Notes: generated by a model not told the origin, from the letters alone. DNA of 64,000 nt from an uncultured Candidatus Altimarinota bacterium (GCA_963763105.1 CAVXMT010000006.1:112351-176350), one strand, 5' to 3'. Shown: positions 34,869 to 46,214, counted from the first letter of the stretch. A program made the numbers and translations.

Positions 34869-35225
34869 TTAAAAGGATAATTCTTGGGATATAAGTCATG
34901 ATAGATCTGGCACAGAATCCATTTCGAGTATTCACTTTATGAATCGTATATTTCAATCTCTATCTTCTACAAGAACTCACATATGTAATGGCCTGTTTAA
35001 GCTTCTTAGGGTATTCTTTTTGAGTTGTTCGCTCTGCAGGGCAGAATAAGGGAAATCAGAACTCTGCTTTAATTCAAGGATATCAGCTACTTTCTCTATA
35101 GACTTTCCCTGAATAGCTAAAATATTCTTAATTTCATCAAGAAATAATTGATATCTCGTAAGTCAAGCTTGGGTAAGTGTATCTTTCCACTCTTTTGGTA
35201 TCTCGTCGACTGATAGAATTCTCAT
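34869..35225 (-). CDS. Hypothetical protein, 118 aa, immediately upstream of murI
   Basis: Open frame with four TGAs. Stop TAA lies 7 nt before the murI ATG. No family recognised. Confidence 0.45.
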
Positions 35226-35254
35226 AAAAAATCAAGAAATTTGATTTCTTGATT
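35226..35254 (-). terminator. Perfect 11-bp hairpin with flanking T-run after secD
   Basis: aatcaagaaat-ttg-atttcttgatt, with A5/T4 runs on either side. Confidence 0.6.
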
Positions 35255-35279
35255 TTAGTGATTATATATTCTTTAGCAA

Positions 35280-37020
35280 CTATTTTGTAATTCCTATAAA
35301 GAGTTTTGTATTCTCGCTCATCATGCGCCCAACAGCAATGATAAGTATTCGAGATACCCACATAGCAGTAAAGAGTGAAAGAACGATACCAAGACCAAGC
35401 ATGAAGCCAAATCCCTTGATGAGCGATATACCAAAAACATAGAGAATAATCGCGGAAGTAAGTGATGTAATATGTGAATCCCAGATTGCTGTCCATGACT
35501 TTGCGAATCCTACAGTAGTCGCCTTCTCAAGATGCATATTTCCACGAAGTGCTTCCTTCATGCGCTCAAAGATAAGGATATTTGCATCGATAGCAAGACC
35601 AATAGAGAGTATCACTCAGGCAATAGAGGCAAGAGTCAGCGTCACTCAGAATCACTTCACAAGAGCAAGAAGAATGAGAGAATAGACTACAAGAGCAACT
35701 CCAGCAAGAAGTCATGCAACTCGATAAAAATAGACAAGAAGAATAACGATCGCAAGAAGTCCGATAAGTCCAGCATAACTAATCTGAGAGAGTGCATCTT
35801 TTCCGATTTTTGCATCGATCGTACGCTCACTCGTGAGAAAAATCGGTGCTGGAACGATACCAGTATTGATATTGTTGGCAAGAGATTGAGCATCGGTGAT
35901 TGTATACTGTCCTGTGATAACTGCTCGACCATCTGAAATCACCGACTGAACTGTCGGTGCTGTGAGAAGTTGTCCTCCGACAAATATTGCAATCTTTTTT
36001 CCTATAAGTCTTTTTGTAAGCTCAGAAAATATCTTTTTTCCATCATCATTGAAAATAAGGTCTATCTGTGGTGCTCCAGCTTGAGTAAATGAAATTCCTG
36101 CTCGAGTGAGATATTTATCTCCAAGAACTTTTCCATCTGCAGTCTTCGCTGGCGTCCAGAGACTTGGTCGCTCGTCGATATAGATGACAGAATAATCATA
36201 TTCTTTATTATTGACTGTTGTACCACTCGCATCAAGTGATGGTACATCATAGCGTCTCTCAAGAGATACGATTGCATATCCTCCAGGACCACGAGTTGAG
36301 CCACTTGCGCCGATTGTTTCTTGTCATTGGACATACATCACAGGAGAAATATATGGAATGGTAACTGTATCCATATTAGTAAATCGTAGCTCTACAGGAA
36401 GAGCTCCGCTCGCAGTATTGTATCCGACATTTTCATATTGATCTCGATACTTTGTCCCGACAGTAGCAAAAGGCGTCGTAGAAATCTCAGTTGAAGCTTT
36501 ATCTGCTATTTCTCTTCGTGCTTTTTTATCTACATTAGTGATTTCTATTTTCTCTTCACGAAATTCGAGTTGTACGACTTTTCCGATGGTATCTTTTGCT
36601 CTCGCAATATCTTCTGCATTCTTCATTCGTTTTTCTTCGATGGAAATATTTCCATAATCTTTCACTGGTATCTGGACGATAAGATGAGACTCTCCAGGCC
36701 CATACTGTGCCGTCGTGATAGTCGGCTCTTCAAGTCCAAGACTTCATACACGTTTATCGACGATAGACTTCAGAGGTATCGACTATAGAAGATTCTGATA
36801 TTTGTGAAGCATTTGCACCAGTCTGAGTATGAATAAGTGAGAGATCAACCTTGTAATCGAGCTCGACACCACCATAGAGATCAAGTCCGAATTTATATGG
36901 CTTGATATATTGGCTTATCATTTCTGGAAGAATAATATTGTATTTTTCCCATGGAAATACGTAGAGAAGAGAAACTGTAGCAATCACAAAGATAAAAGTG
37001 AGTCGAGGAGCGAGACGCAT
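35280..37020 (-). CDS. secD: Protein translocase subunit SecD, interrupted by a +1 frameshift near 36757-36782
   Basis: The N-terminus (TM1 plus GLDLYGGVELDY) is in one frame and ends at TAA 36754-36756. The rest (SIVDKRVGSLGLEEP..LEFRE..GLAIDANILIFERM..) is in the +1 frame. Total length is 3n+1. Confidence 0.85.
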
Positions 37021-37170
37021 AAGAAGAATATAATAAGTAGAAAACTTCGTGATTATAGAAAAACTCTATTTTTTTGCAAGAAAAAAGGAAAAGTGCTATG
37101 ATCAATGAGTTATTCAGGTTTCTCATTCTCTCTAGATTCTTCTTTATTTATTATTAATTATCCATCTTCT

Positions 37171-37800
37171 ATGTCACTCATTGAACAGGCAAAATCCTAT
37201 GTCTTCGATATTCTCAGGAAGTGTGAATCATATCCAATATCACAACCCTCACATACCCAGAGTGTTCTTGATCGTGCGACATATCTCGCTCTTGCAGAAT
37301 GAGTCGATGGAGAAGAATTCGAGGATCTTCAGCTTGGATGTCTTTTCCATGATACTGGATTCACAGAGCAATATGAGAAAAATGAATATGTCTGAGCTCG
37401 TATCGCTCGAGCTTGGCTCAAGTCACATAGTCACAATGAGAAACGTATCGCAAAAATAGAAGGAATTATCATGGCGACTGTCCTATTTGCAAAGCCAAAA
37501 ACACACTTAGAAGAAGTAATCCAAGATGCCGATCTTGATAATATTGGAACAAAAGAAGAATTCTACTATTCACTCAATTATCTCGAAGAAATACGAACTA
37601 TAGGACATATCAATATTTCTGATTGTTCCTATTGGCAATTTGTCTATACACTCCTCACACGATACAAGTTCCATACCAAGACTGCAAAAAGCGAACGTCA
37701 TGATCAACAAATACGCGATATCGATCACATGGAAAAATTCATTGCTATGATTGGCTGTGAGCTTCCTACACGAGAATGAGTCAATATGCACAATATATAA
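37171..37800 (+). CDS. HD-domain phosphohydrolase
   Basis: ..LGCLFHDTGF.. and ..VIQDADLDNIG.. form an HD-superfamily metal-binding pattern. Confidence 0.75.
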
Positions 37801-37804
37801 AACA

Positions 37805-37829
37805 AAAACTCCCGAATTCGGGAGTTTTT
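37805..37829. terminator. Palindromic bidirectional terminator
   Basis: aaaactcccg-aatt-cgggagtttt. Confidence 0.75.
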
Positions 37830-37854
37830 CTTATATATAAATTACATAAACATT

Positions 37855-38070
37855 TTACCGCTTATTCCCCGTATTGCTTGTCAAGATTGATTCATCTGCA
37901 TGAGCCCGAGAGTGACGTTGTCTCTTATTTTTGCCATTGGTCCTTGTAAGAATGGATCTGATCAGAGATTCAGAGTAGGAATAATATTTCCTGTGTTTAC
38001 AGCAACATCTGATTTCTTCCAGTTTGGTACATCTGTTGAACTTGCATATGGCCAGCTCGAATACCTTCAT
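37855..38070 (-). CDS. Possible small basic Cys-rich protein (71 aa)
   Basis: An ATG-to-TAA ORF with no TGA. The base composition looks coding-like in a genome whose true spacers look very AT-rich. No homology recognised. Confidence 0.25.
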   Translation of the reverse strand: MKVFELAICKFNRCTKLEEIRCCCKHRKYYSYSESLIRSILTRTNGKNKRQRHSRAHADESILTSNTGNKR

Positions 38071-38217
38071 TCCGCAGAATCTGCACCCTTATAGAACACT
38101 CGAACTTGCTTGGATACTAGAGTAAGCATGGGAAAGAAGATAAAAAATATGAACACATTTATTGTACGATATTTTTCATATTTGCAACTCAATCTTCCAA
38201 AGAAAGATACAATTTTT

Positions 38218-38245
38218 TTGACTTAGAAAATAGCACGTATATAAT
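38218..38245 (+). promoter_or_regulatory. Putative groESL promoter TTGACT-16 nt-TATAAT
   Basis: Near-consensus hexamers about 80 nt upstream of groES. It overlaps the CIRCE-like repeat. Confidence 0.5.
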
Positions 38246-38256
38246 TCACGTGCTAA
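38230..38256 (+). promoter_or_regulatory. CIRCE-like HrcA operator
   Basis: ATAGCACGT-N9-ACGTGCTAA compared with consensus TTAGCACTC-N9-GAGTGCTAA. The 9-nt spacer is conserved. Confidence 0.7.
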
Positions 38257-38326
38257 TATTTTTCTTCTTTTTGGATTTATTAGCATTTCTTTTATACTTT
38301 ATTTCTATTTTCTAACCTCATTTTCT

Positions 38327-38641
38327 ATGACCATTTCCCATGATATGATCGAGAAGATCACTCCCCTTTCCGATCGTGTCCTCCTGCGTCCGATCGATGC
38401 AGACAAGGTCACGGCATCAGGAATTATCATTCCAGACAGTGCGAATAAGGAGCGTCCTTCACTCTATGAAGTCATCTCTGTCGGACCTGGAAAGACTGAT
38501 AAAGACGGTAATCTTCAAAAAATCGACCTCAAAAAATGAGATCGAGTCATCAGTGGACAATATAGCGGTGACGATGTGAAAGTCGGAGATACTACCTACA
38601 AGATCGTCGCAGCGGAGTATATACTGGCGAAGGTTAATTAG
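38327..38641 (+). CDS. groES: Co-chaperonin GroES
   Basis: ITPLSDRVLLRP...ASGIIIPDSA..., extended through TGA at 38537-38539 to TAG. Confidence 0.95.
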
Positions 38642-38903
38642 CGCTATCCGGTTCCCAATACCTACATCTATCAGTTGATTTTACTACTTTTGGCACTTGT
38701 CTGGGTGATGGATCCATTCGGAATACCTTCTGAGTAACACTATCAATAACCAGGAATATCTGATGATATTTTCCCCATCTCGGAATATAATTCTTTGGTT
38801 CACAACAGAATCATGATTCTCAACCACCTGACATGAGATATGTATCGCAATTTATACAATGGCGTTCATTCATCGATGTAGATACTCTCACAGTTTCAGT
38901 CAT
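38634..38903 (-). CDS. Antisense 89-aa Cys-rich ORF inside the groES-groEL spacer
   Basis: ATG at 38903. Two in-frame TGAs. Stop TAA at 38634-38636 overlaps the end of groES. Contains HCINCD...FCCEP. The spacer composition looks coding-like. Confidence 0.3.
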
Positions 38904-38962
38904 AAAGAACTTGATTACTTAAAAATAATAAATTTTAATTCATTTTAACTATAAATTAATAT

Positions 38963-40603
38963 ATGTCAAAAAAAATTCTTTTCTGAGACGAAGCTCGTCT
39001 CGCTATGTTCTCCGGTATGGAGAAGGTCGCAAAGACTGTATCCGCGACGATCGGACCAAAAGGTCGTAATGTGATTTTCAGTAAATCATATGGCGCACCA
39101 CAAGTCACCAATGATGGTGTCACGATAGCCAAAGAAATCGAGCTTGAAGACAAGATCGAGAATATGGGTGCCGAGCTCATCAAAGAAGCAGCATCCCGAA
39201 CGAACGATGCAGCCTGAGATGGAACTTCGACTGCTACTCTTCTCACCTATGCTATGGTGAAGGAAGGTCTTCGTGAGATTCGGTCAGGAATCAATGCTAT
39301 CGAGCTCAAAAATGGTATGAAAAAGGCGGGTTCTCTCGTGGTAGCTGAGCTTGCTCGAATGAGTAAAGCGCTCAATTCCCAGGAAGAGATCGAACAAGTC
39401 GCGACTATCTCCGCTCAGGATTCTGAGGTCGGACAGATTATCGCTCGGGCGATGGAAAAGGTCGGAAAAGATGGAGTCATCACTGTCGAGGAAGGACGAA
39501 CTTTTGGTCTCGAAGTCGAAGTGACTGAAGGGATGAAGTTCGATAATGGCTACATCTCCCCATATATGATCACTGATGGTGAGAAGATGGAATCACGAGT
39601 CAATGACGCCGCTATCCTCATCACCGACAAGAAAATCTCATCACTCAAAGATATTCTCGGAGTCCTCGAAGCCCTCGCACAAAGTGGAAAACGTGAACTT
39701 GTCATCATCGCCGATGACATTGATTGAGAGGCGCTGACAGGAATCATTCTCAATAAACTCAAATGAGTCCTCACGGTTCTCGGTATCAAGGCTCCAGGAT
39801 TTGGCGATAAGAAAAAAGAAATGCTCAAGGATCTCGCGATCCTCACTGGTGCGACTGTCATCACCGACGAGACGGGGTATAAGCTCGAGAATGCTTCTAT
39901 CGAGCATCTTGGTCACGCAAAGGCAATCGTCTCAACAAAAGATAATACGACGATCATCAGTGGCGCTGGAGACAAACATCTCATCGATTCACGGGTTCGA
40001 GAACTTCAGACTCAGATCGAAGCAAGTAAATCTGACTACGATAAAGAAAAACTCGCAGAGCGAATCGCAAAACTTGCTGGTGGTATTGCCGTCATCAAGG
40101 TCGGTGCTGCAAGTGAAGTCGAGATGAAAGAGAAAAAACTCCGAATCGAAGATGCTCTCAATGCAACCAAAGCAGCGGTCGATGAAGGTATCGTCGCTGG
40201 TGGTGGTGTCGCACTTCTCCAAGCATCGAAAGTCCTCGAAAAAGCAAAACTCACCAAAGAAGAAAAAGTCGGTGCAGATATCGTCGCTCGCGCGCTCTCC
40301 TACCCTGTCCGCCAGATCGCTGACAATGCAGGAAAAGAATGAGCGGTAGTAGTGAATGAAGTCACAAAAAGCTCAGATCCTCACTATGGATATGACGCTG
40401 CAATGGATGAATACAAGGATCTCGTGAAGGCAGGTATCATCGATCCGACAAAGGTTGCTCGCTGTGCCCTCGAGAATGCTATATCTATCGCAGGAATGTT
40501 CCTCACGACAGAAGCACTCATCGTCGATGTTCCGAAAAAAGAAGAACAAACAATGCCTCCAGGCGGATGAATGGGAGGTATGGGTGGAATGGGAATGTAC
40601 TAA
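38963..40603 (+). CDS. groEL: Chaperonin GroEL
   Basis: Full-length match, including the ..AAGDGT.. motif and the GGM tail. All six in-frame TGAs fall at conserved Gly positions. Stop is TAA. Confidence 0.97.
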
Positions 40604-40622
40604 GAAATGCTTCTCATAATAA

Positions 40623-40657
40623 TAAAGCACAGACGTTATAAAAGTCTGTGCTTTATT
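40623..40657. terminator. Terminator hairpin shared by the convergent groEL and the HEPN-like gene
   Basis: aaagcacagac-9 nt-gtctgtgcttt followed by a T-rich run. Confidence 0.7.
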
Positions 40658-41537
40658 TATTTAGTAGATCCTGAATTTTCTAACAAAAGTCCATGAATAT
40701 ATGTGGCTAGCTTTCATAAAGTTAAATCCACTTTATGAAAATCAATATCTTTAATATTTCATCTTCATTCTGATTCATGAAACTCAGTATTTCTAAAACG
40801 TACTAATCAGTCTAAAGAATTAGCCCAATTCCAGCCTAGACTTTTGGATCCAAATTTTAACATTTCTCCCAATGGTGTATAAGGGCCCAATAGCTTTCAT
40901 GTATCATCTTTAAATTGTTTAGCATGAAACAAAAATAAAGTTTTTTTTACTAGTTTTTCTATTCATATAGTTAGCGAATATAGTCAGCCTATTTCATCTC
41001 ACATATTCATTCTATTGATACTATCTGAGATATGCTCAGATGGTATACGGAAACATTCTCACTTCTTCAGATGAGTAATTCCTAAAAGTTGAGACAAATT
41101 TTGTAGTTTAAATCGACTTTTCATTCATTGATTATTTATTTCAGATTCCTTCTTAAATCTATCACTTATGGCTGATTTCATAAGTGGAATATACTCAATC
41201 AAATTAGTGGAAAGCTCAATAAATTGATTACCCTTTAATAAGGCATCTAACTCTCTGTCTATTACATCAATTTCCTTTGGAATTTTAAATATCTCATGAC
41301 ACACATAAAAGAATTCGGACTTTGCATTCTCTTCAAGAGAGTCAAATTGTTTTTCATCGATTAATCTTTCAAATCTAACTATTGTTTCATAAGCAAAGAA
41401 GCATTCATCTAATGATAGTCGTGAAACAATTCAGAAGATATGCCAGTATTCGTTGTCTTCTTTATTAGTCACGGTATCTCAAAAATCTGATGGTACAGTT
41501 ATACTATTTACTCTACTAGAGGTTATAGCACGAAGCA
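40656..41537 (-). CDS. Orphan alpha-helical protein with a C-terminal HEPN-like Rx4H motif
   Basis: 293 aa, verified codon by codon. ..SLDGLVRFRNTEFHES.. (RNTEFH is Rx4H) near the C-terminus. Ten TGA codons. Stop is TAA. Confidence 0.55.
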
Positions 41538-41645
41538 TGTAACTCAATGAGGTAAGTAATTTCTTAAGTCATAAAGATTGACGATTTAAATTTCCTAGAT
41601 TACCAATTGATGCCATACATATTTTATTTACAAGAGTATTATTTT

Positions 41646-42041
41646 CTATTTCTTCATTCTCTCTTTGATTCTCCTCATTACTTCTGTTTTCATTTCTTCG
41701 CTATGGGTTCCATGCTTGAAGAGTGTGAGAAAATCATCCTTCAGGAATACCTGAAGCTCAGCATCCTCAGCAACTTCAACAGTAGCGGTACGTGGCTCGT
41801 CGGTAATAAGAGCAATTTCTCAGAAAAATGATCCAGGACCAAGAATAGCGACTTCTTCTCCACCTTGTGTGACTCGGGCGCTTCATTTTACGACATAGTA
41901 AGCACAACCATTTGAGGCATCACCTACAGTAAGTATTCGTTCACCTGCCTTACGATATTGCGTCTGACTCATGAGAAGAAAGAAAGATATCTCAGATTCA
42001 GAAAATCCATCGAAAATATAGAGTTTTGATACATCGGACAT
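41646..42041 (-). CDS. Stand-alone cyclic-nucleotide-binding (CAP_ED) domain protein
   Basis: LGPGSFFGEIALITDEPRTATVEVAEDAELQVF is the canonical cNMP-binding phosphate-binding cassette. Confidence 0.85.
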
Positions 42042-42154
42042 AAGAGAGAAATTAGGATAGTTCTATACTATCAGAATTCTCAAAAAAGTACAAATAAAAA
42101 ACCTCCTTCGAATGAGAAAGAGGAATTATTATTATACTTTCAGATTTTCACAGA

Positions 42155-43264
42155 CTAGAATCCAATCCAAGAACTATCAATTACTTCTGATTCTGTAGTT
42201 GTAGAAGCCACTTCTTCCTTTCCTGTATTTGGATTGTCGACACGCTGAGCACGATCAGTAGTGAGATAATCAGATCGGATATATCCTCGGATAGTTCCTT
42301 CATCATTTCGTACTTCTGACCAATTATCTACTGTAGCGACAACATACATTGATGTACCATTTCCAAGAGTTGTGACAATCGGAGCAGTGTACCATGGATT
42401 TGAACGGACATTCACATAGCGGACATTCACATGAACAAGATCACTCCAATATGCCTGATCTGCTTGTTCAACACGGACAAGATCATTAGCATTCGGATCG
42501 CGAAGATATTTGCTTGCCGTATATCCATTTGCCTTTCATGTTGTATCAGCCTCTACTGTATTCTCTTGTGTATCAGTGACGACTACATTGGCTCCTTGTA
42601 CTTTTACCCATCCAGTTTCTTTTCCAGAGATGACAACTGCATCATTGTTCATGAGATAGGCATTTGTCTTTGCTTGCATACTTGCTGCCCGACGCATACG
42701 AACACTACGAATGACCTTTGCAAATCGAATACTTTGCTCTTTGAGTTGCTCGATTCGATAATTTACAATATCAGTAGAAGCAAGATCGAGAAGTGGACCA
42801 TGAGAAAGATCAATACCAGGAAGAGACAAAACTATCTTTCAAGTTGCAGTGGAAGAAATACATCCAGGAAGATTTGATCCAGTATGACTGATCGCATATG
42901 TTCCTCCAGAAAGAGTAAGTATCTGTGTTCCATTACAATTTGTGACTGTATGGGTAATAACACCTCCAGAGTTTGTAGTTCCTGTATTCGTCATTCCAGT
43001 ATTTACTAAAACTGTTCCAGTAGAGGCAGTATTAACATTCAATATCACTGGGGTTGTAGTCTGAATTCTTGTTGTATTGATACATCCAGGAAGATTTGGT
43101 TCGACATGACGAACTTCAAATTGTCCGACACTTACTCGTATGACCTGAACTCCAGTACAATTGGTAATGACCGACACTTCTTGATTCCCCATACCAAGTG
43201 CTGTATCAAGCGCGAGAAAAAAAGCTGAAAGGCCGAGAATTACGAGAAGCGAATATTTCGTCAT
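42155..43264 (-). CDS. Secreted protein with a duplicated Cys-containing module and SH3b-like domains
   Basis: Signal peptide MTKYSLLVILGLSAFFLAL. Repeats NCTGVQV..NLPGCINTT and NCNGTQI..NLPGCISST. The C-terminal VNVRSNPWYTAPIV..GYIRSDYL is SH3b-like. Confidence 0.7.
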
Positions 43265-43453
43265 AAAGAAAAGTAATAAGAATTAAACTTTCTTTATATT
43301 ACTAATTATTTTATAATGTCAAATTTATCTTATAAAATCTAAATACTCTCTTGCAAAGAGGGCTTCTACTGTATACGATATTGATGCGACTACTTCCACT
43401 GAAACTCTAGTTTCTTTTTTACGGTGGTAATATAGAGCGTTTTCTTTTTCTTG

Positions 43454-45967
43454 CTATCGAGCAAGAGTATCAGCAATGACATCTTCAATCATATCTTGAA
43501 TATATCGTCTTACTGGACGTGCGCCATATTCTGGATTATATGTCTCTGTGACAATATGCATGAGAACCTTGGGATCATACGTCATTACTATTCCAATTTT
43601 TGCGAGCCTATCTGTAAGCTCAGAGAGTTGAAGTATGACAATGGCTTTGAGGACTTTTTTATCGAGAGGATTGAATACGACTGTTTTATCGATACGATTG
43701 AGAAACTCTGGAGCAAATACATCAGAGAGTCATTTGAGAACACGTGCACGAATCTGTTCATAGTCAGCAATAATTCTTTCTTCTTCTCATTCTGTCGTCG
43801 CGAATCCAATTTTTTGTGCCTGACTATTGAATTCTTCTGATCCGAGATTGGAAGTCATTATGAGGATAGTATTTTTGAAGTTCACAGCCCTTCCCTTCCC
43901 ATCAGTGAGAGTTCCATCTTCAAGAATTTGAAGAAGAAGATTATAAACATCAAAATTTCATTTCTCGATCTCATCAAAAAGCACTATAGAATATGGTTTT
44001 CTTCTGACTTTCTCAGTAAGAAGTCCTCATTCTTCATATCCGACATATCCTGCCGTAGTACCGATAAGCTTCGATGCGCTTGATTTATCTTGATATTCGC
44101 TCATATCAATCTTGATAAGAGCCTTTGAATCAGAGAAAAACTCTTCAGCAAGGACTTTCACAAGCTCTGTTTTTCCGACTCCTGTAGGCCCAAGAAAAAG
44201 AAAAGACCCAATAGGACGATTCGTATTTGAAATACCGACACGAGACCGCTTGAGTGATCCTACAATAGCATCAATTGCCTGATCTTGTCCAATAATTCTT
44301 CTCTTCAGTGTCGTTGCGAGTCATCGAAGTTTTGAAAGATCCTCTTTTTCCAGATTCTTAAGAGGTACTCCTGTCATCTGATGGATCACTTTTTGAACAT
44401 CTTTTGCAGTAATATGAAGACGATTCTTCCGAGGAATTACTCGTTTCTTCCGTTTATCATCAGCTTCATTGGAAAGCTTTTCCATTTCACGACGTTTCGC
44501 AAGAGCTTTTTGGTATTGCTGAGAGATAAGAAATCATTCGATTTCTTTTTGAATTTTCGCCATATTTTCCTTAATCTCCTCAACCTCTGTCGTATCGACA
44601 GAATATGTCATACTCTTCACACTACATGCTTCGTCGATAAGATCAATCGCTTTATCTGGAAGAAATCTCTCAGTGATATAGCGAGTCGAAAGTGCGACGG
44701 CATCCTCTACAGCATCATCATCGATGATAAGATTATGAAATTCTTCGAAAGAGGCACGAAGTCCACTAATAACTGCGATCGCAGTATCAAAATCTGGTTC
44801 CGCAACATCAATCTTTTGAAATCTTCGCTCGAGAGCACTATCTTTTTCTATATACTTTTGATATTCATTCATTGTCGTTGCACCGATAAGACATATCTGG
44901 CCTCGAGCCATAGCAGGCTTCAGTATATTTGCTGCATCGAGTGTCCCTTCAGCTCATCCAGCTCAGATAATCGTATGAATCTCATCGATAAAAAGAACCG
45001 TCTCATTTTCGAGCTTGGAAGCTTCATCGATTACTTGTTTGAGTCGTCACTCGAATTCTCCCCGATATTTCGTCCCAGCAACCATAGCCGACATATCGAT
45101 CGTGATAATACGCTTATCTCTCATAGCAAAAGGAACTTCTCCAAGAGCTATACGGAGAGCAAGTCCTTCGACAACAGCCGTCTTTCCAACTCCAGGATCT
45201 CCGACAAGACATGGATTATTTTTTGTTTTTCTATTCAAGATAGAGATAAGTCGATCAATCTCCATATCTCGTCCAATGATAGGATCAATCTTCCCTTCTC
45301 GAGCACGGATAGTGAGATCAGTCCCAAAAAAATCAAGCGCTGGAGTTTTGGAATCTTTTTTATCTTGAGGTTTATTTTGAGAAAATGGATTTTGAGCATT
45401 TATTGAACCACTATTGTCTGATTTTTTATTTTTTTCTCAAAAATTGTCTTCAAGCATTTTCATAATCTCATCAATAGGAGCAAAGATACCATCCGCATGA
45501 TCTCATCAAGTGACACCAGCTCAAGCGATAAGCGTATTGATTTCGACAACCTGTGTTTCAAAGTCCTTTGGGGAAATTCCTACAAAATCAAGAAGCTGAT
45601 AAAACCAATTCTCTGTCTCAATACGAAAGAGCGCAAGGAGAAAATCTTCAATACTTGCCTGTGATTTCTGAAAGCTTGCTGCCACTTTCATACTCATGAC
45701 AATAAGGTTTTTGACCCGATCAGAAATACCGATATATGTCCCATCTCGTGATGTCTCAGCAACAAACGGTGGACGTGAAAGAACATCAATAATAATTGCT
45801 TCATTGAGTCAAAAACTCGTAAAAAGATCATATATATTTCCTGATTTTATTGATGCAATTTGAATAATAACATCTTCAGGAAGGATGTTCATATGCCCAA
45901 ATTGTCGTACACGATTCTCTGCAGCAAGCATGATTCCTTTATATTCTTCATTGAATTGATTCAACAT
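43454..45967 (-). CDS. clpC: ATP-dependent Clp protease ATP-binding subunit ClpC
   Basis: Two AAA modules ([15 protein letters not shown] and [12 protein letters not shown]), a short middle coil, an IGF loop (AQKIGFATT) and a Clp_N region. 837 aa. Stop is TAG. Confidence 0.9.
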
Positions 45968-46214
45968 GAGAGCAAAGCTTAGTTTTTAAAATAAATTTTT
46001 TTGTCAAAAATATGTGAAGATTGTATCCAAAAGAAAGATCTTTTCAACTTCATTACTCCATCATGATACCAGTTTTCTTATGAATAATCGAATATTTTCT
46101 CTTGCGAAATGAGAGCTTTCATGACTGCTCTATCCTTGCTTTCTTTTTGGAATAGCTACAATGTACTTAACTTCGCTCTATTATGAGTTTTTTATTCCTA
46201 ACCTTTCATCAATT

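Noticed and set aside
36757-36800. A 22-nt tandem duplication as the cause of the secD frameshift.
   Set aside because: Only 13 nt (TCTATxGTCGATA) are repeated and the remaining 9 nt do not match, so a clean duplication is not supported. I report it simply as a +1 frameshift with a nearby near-repeat.
41538-41616. ATG at 41616 as the start of the HEPN-like gene.
   Set aside because: That ATG is in a different frame and runs into TAA after 17 codons. The long frame opens only after TAA near 41590, and its first ATG is at 41537.
44381-45406. The longest ORF in the track (341 aa, + strand).
   Set aside because: It is the antisense shadow of clpC. The product is low-complexity with no motifs, while the opposite strand encodes textbook Clp AAA+ motifs.
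43454-45967. A suspected third frameshift in clpC.
   Set aside because: It came from my own off-by-one error in reading coordinates. After recounting, the start, the internal ORF-track pieces and the TAG stop all share one frame (2514 nt).
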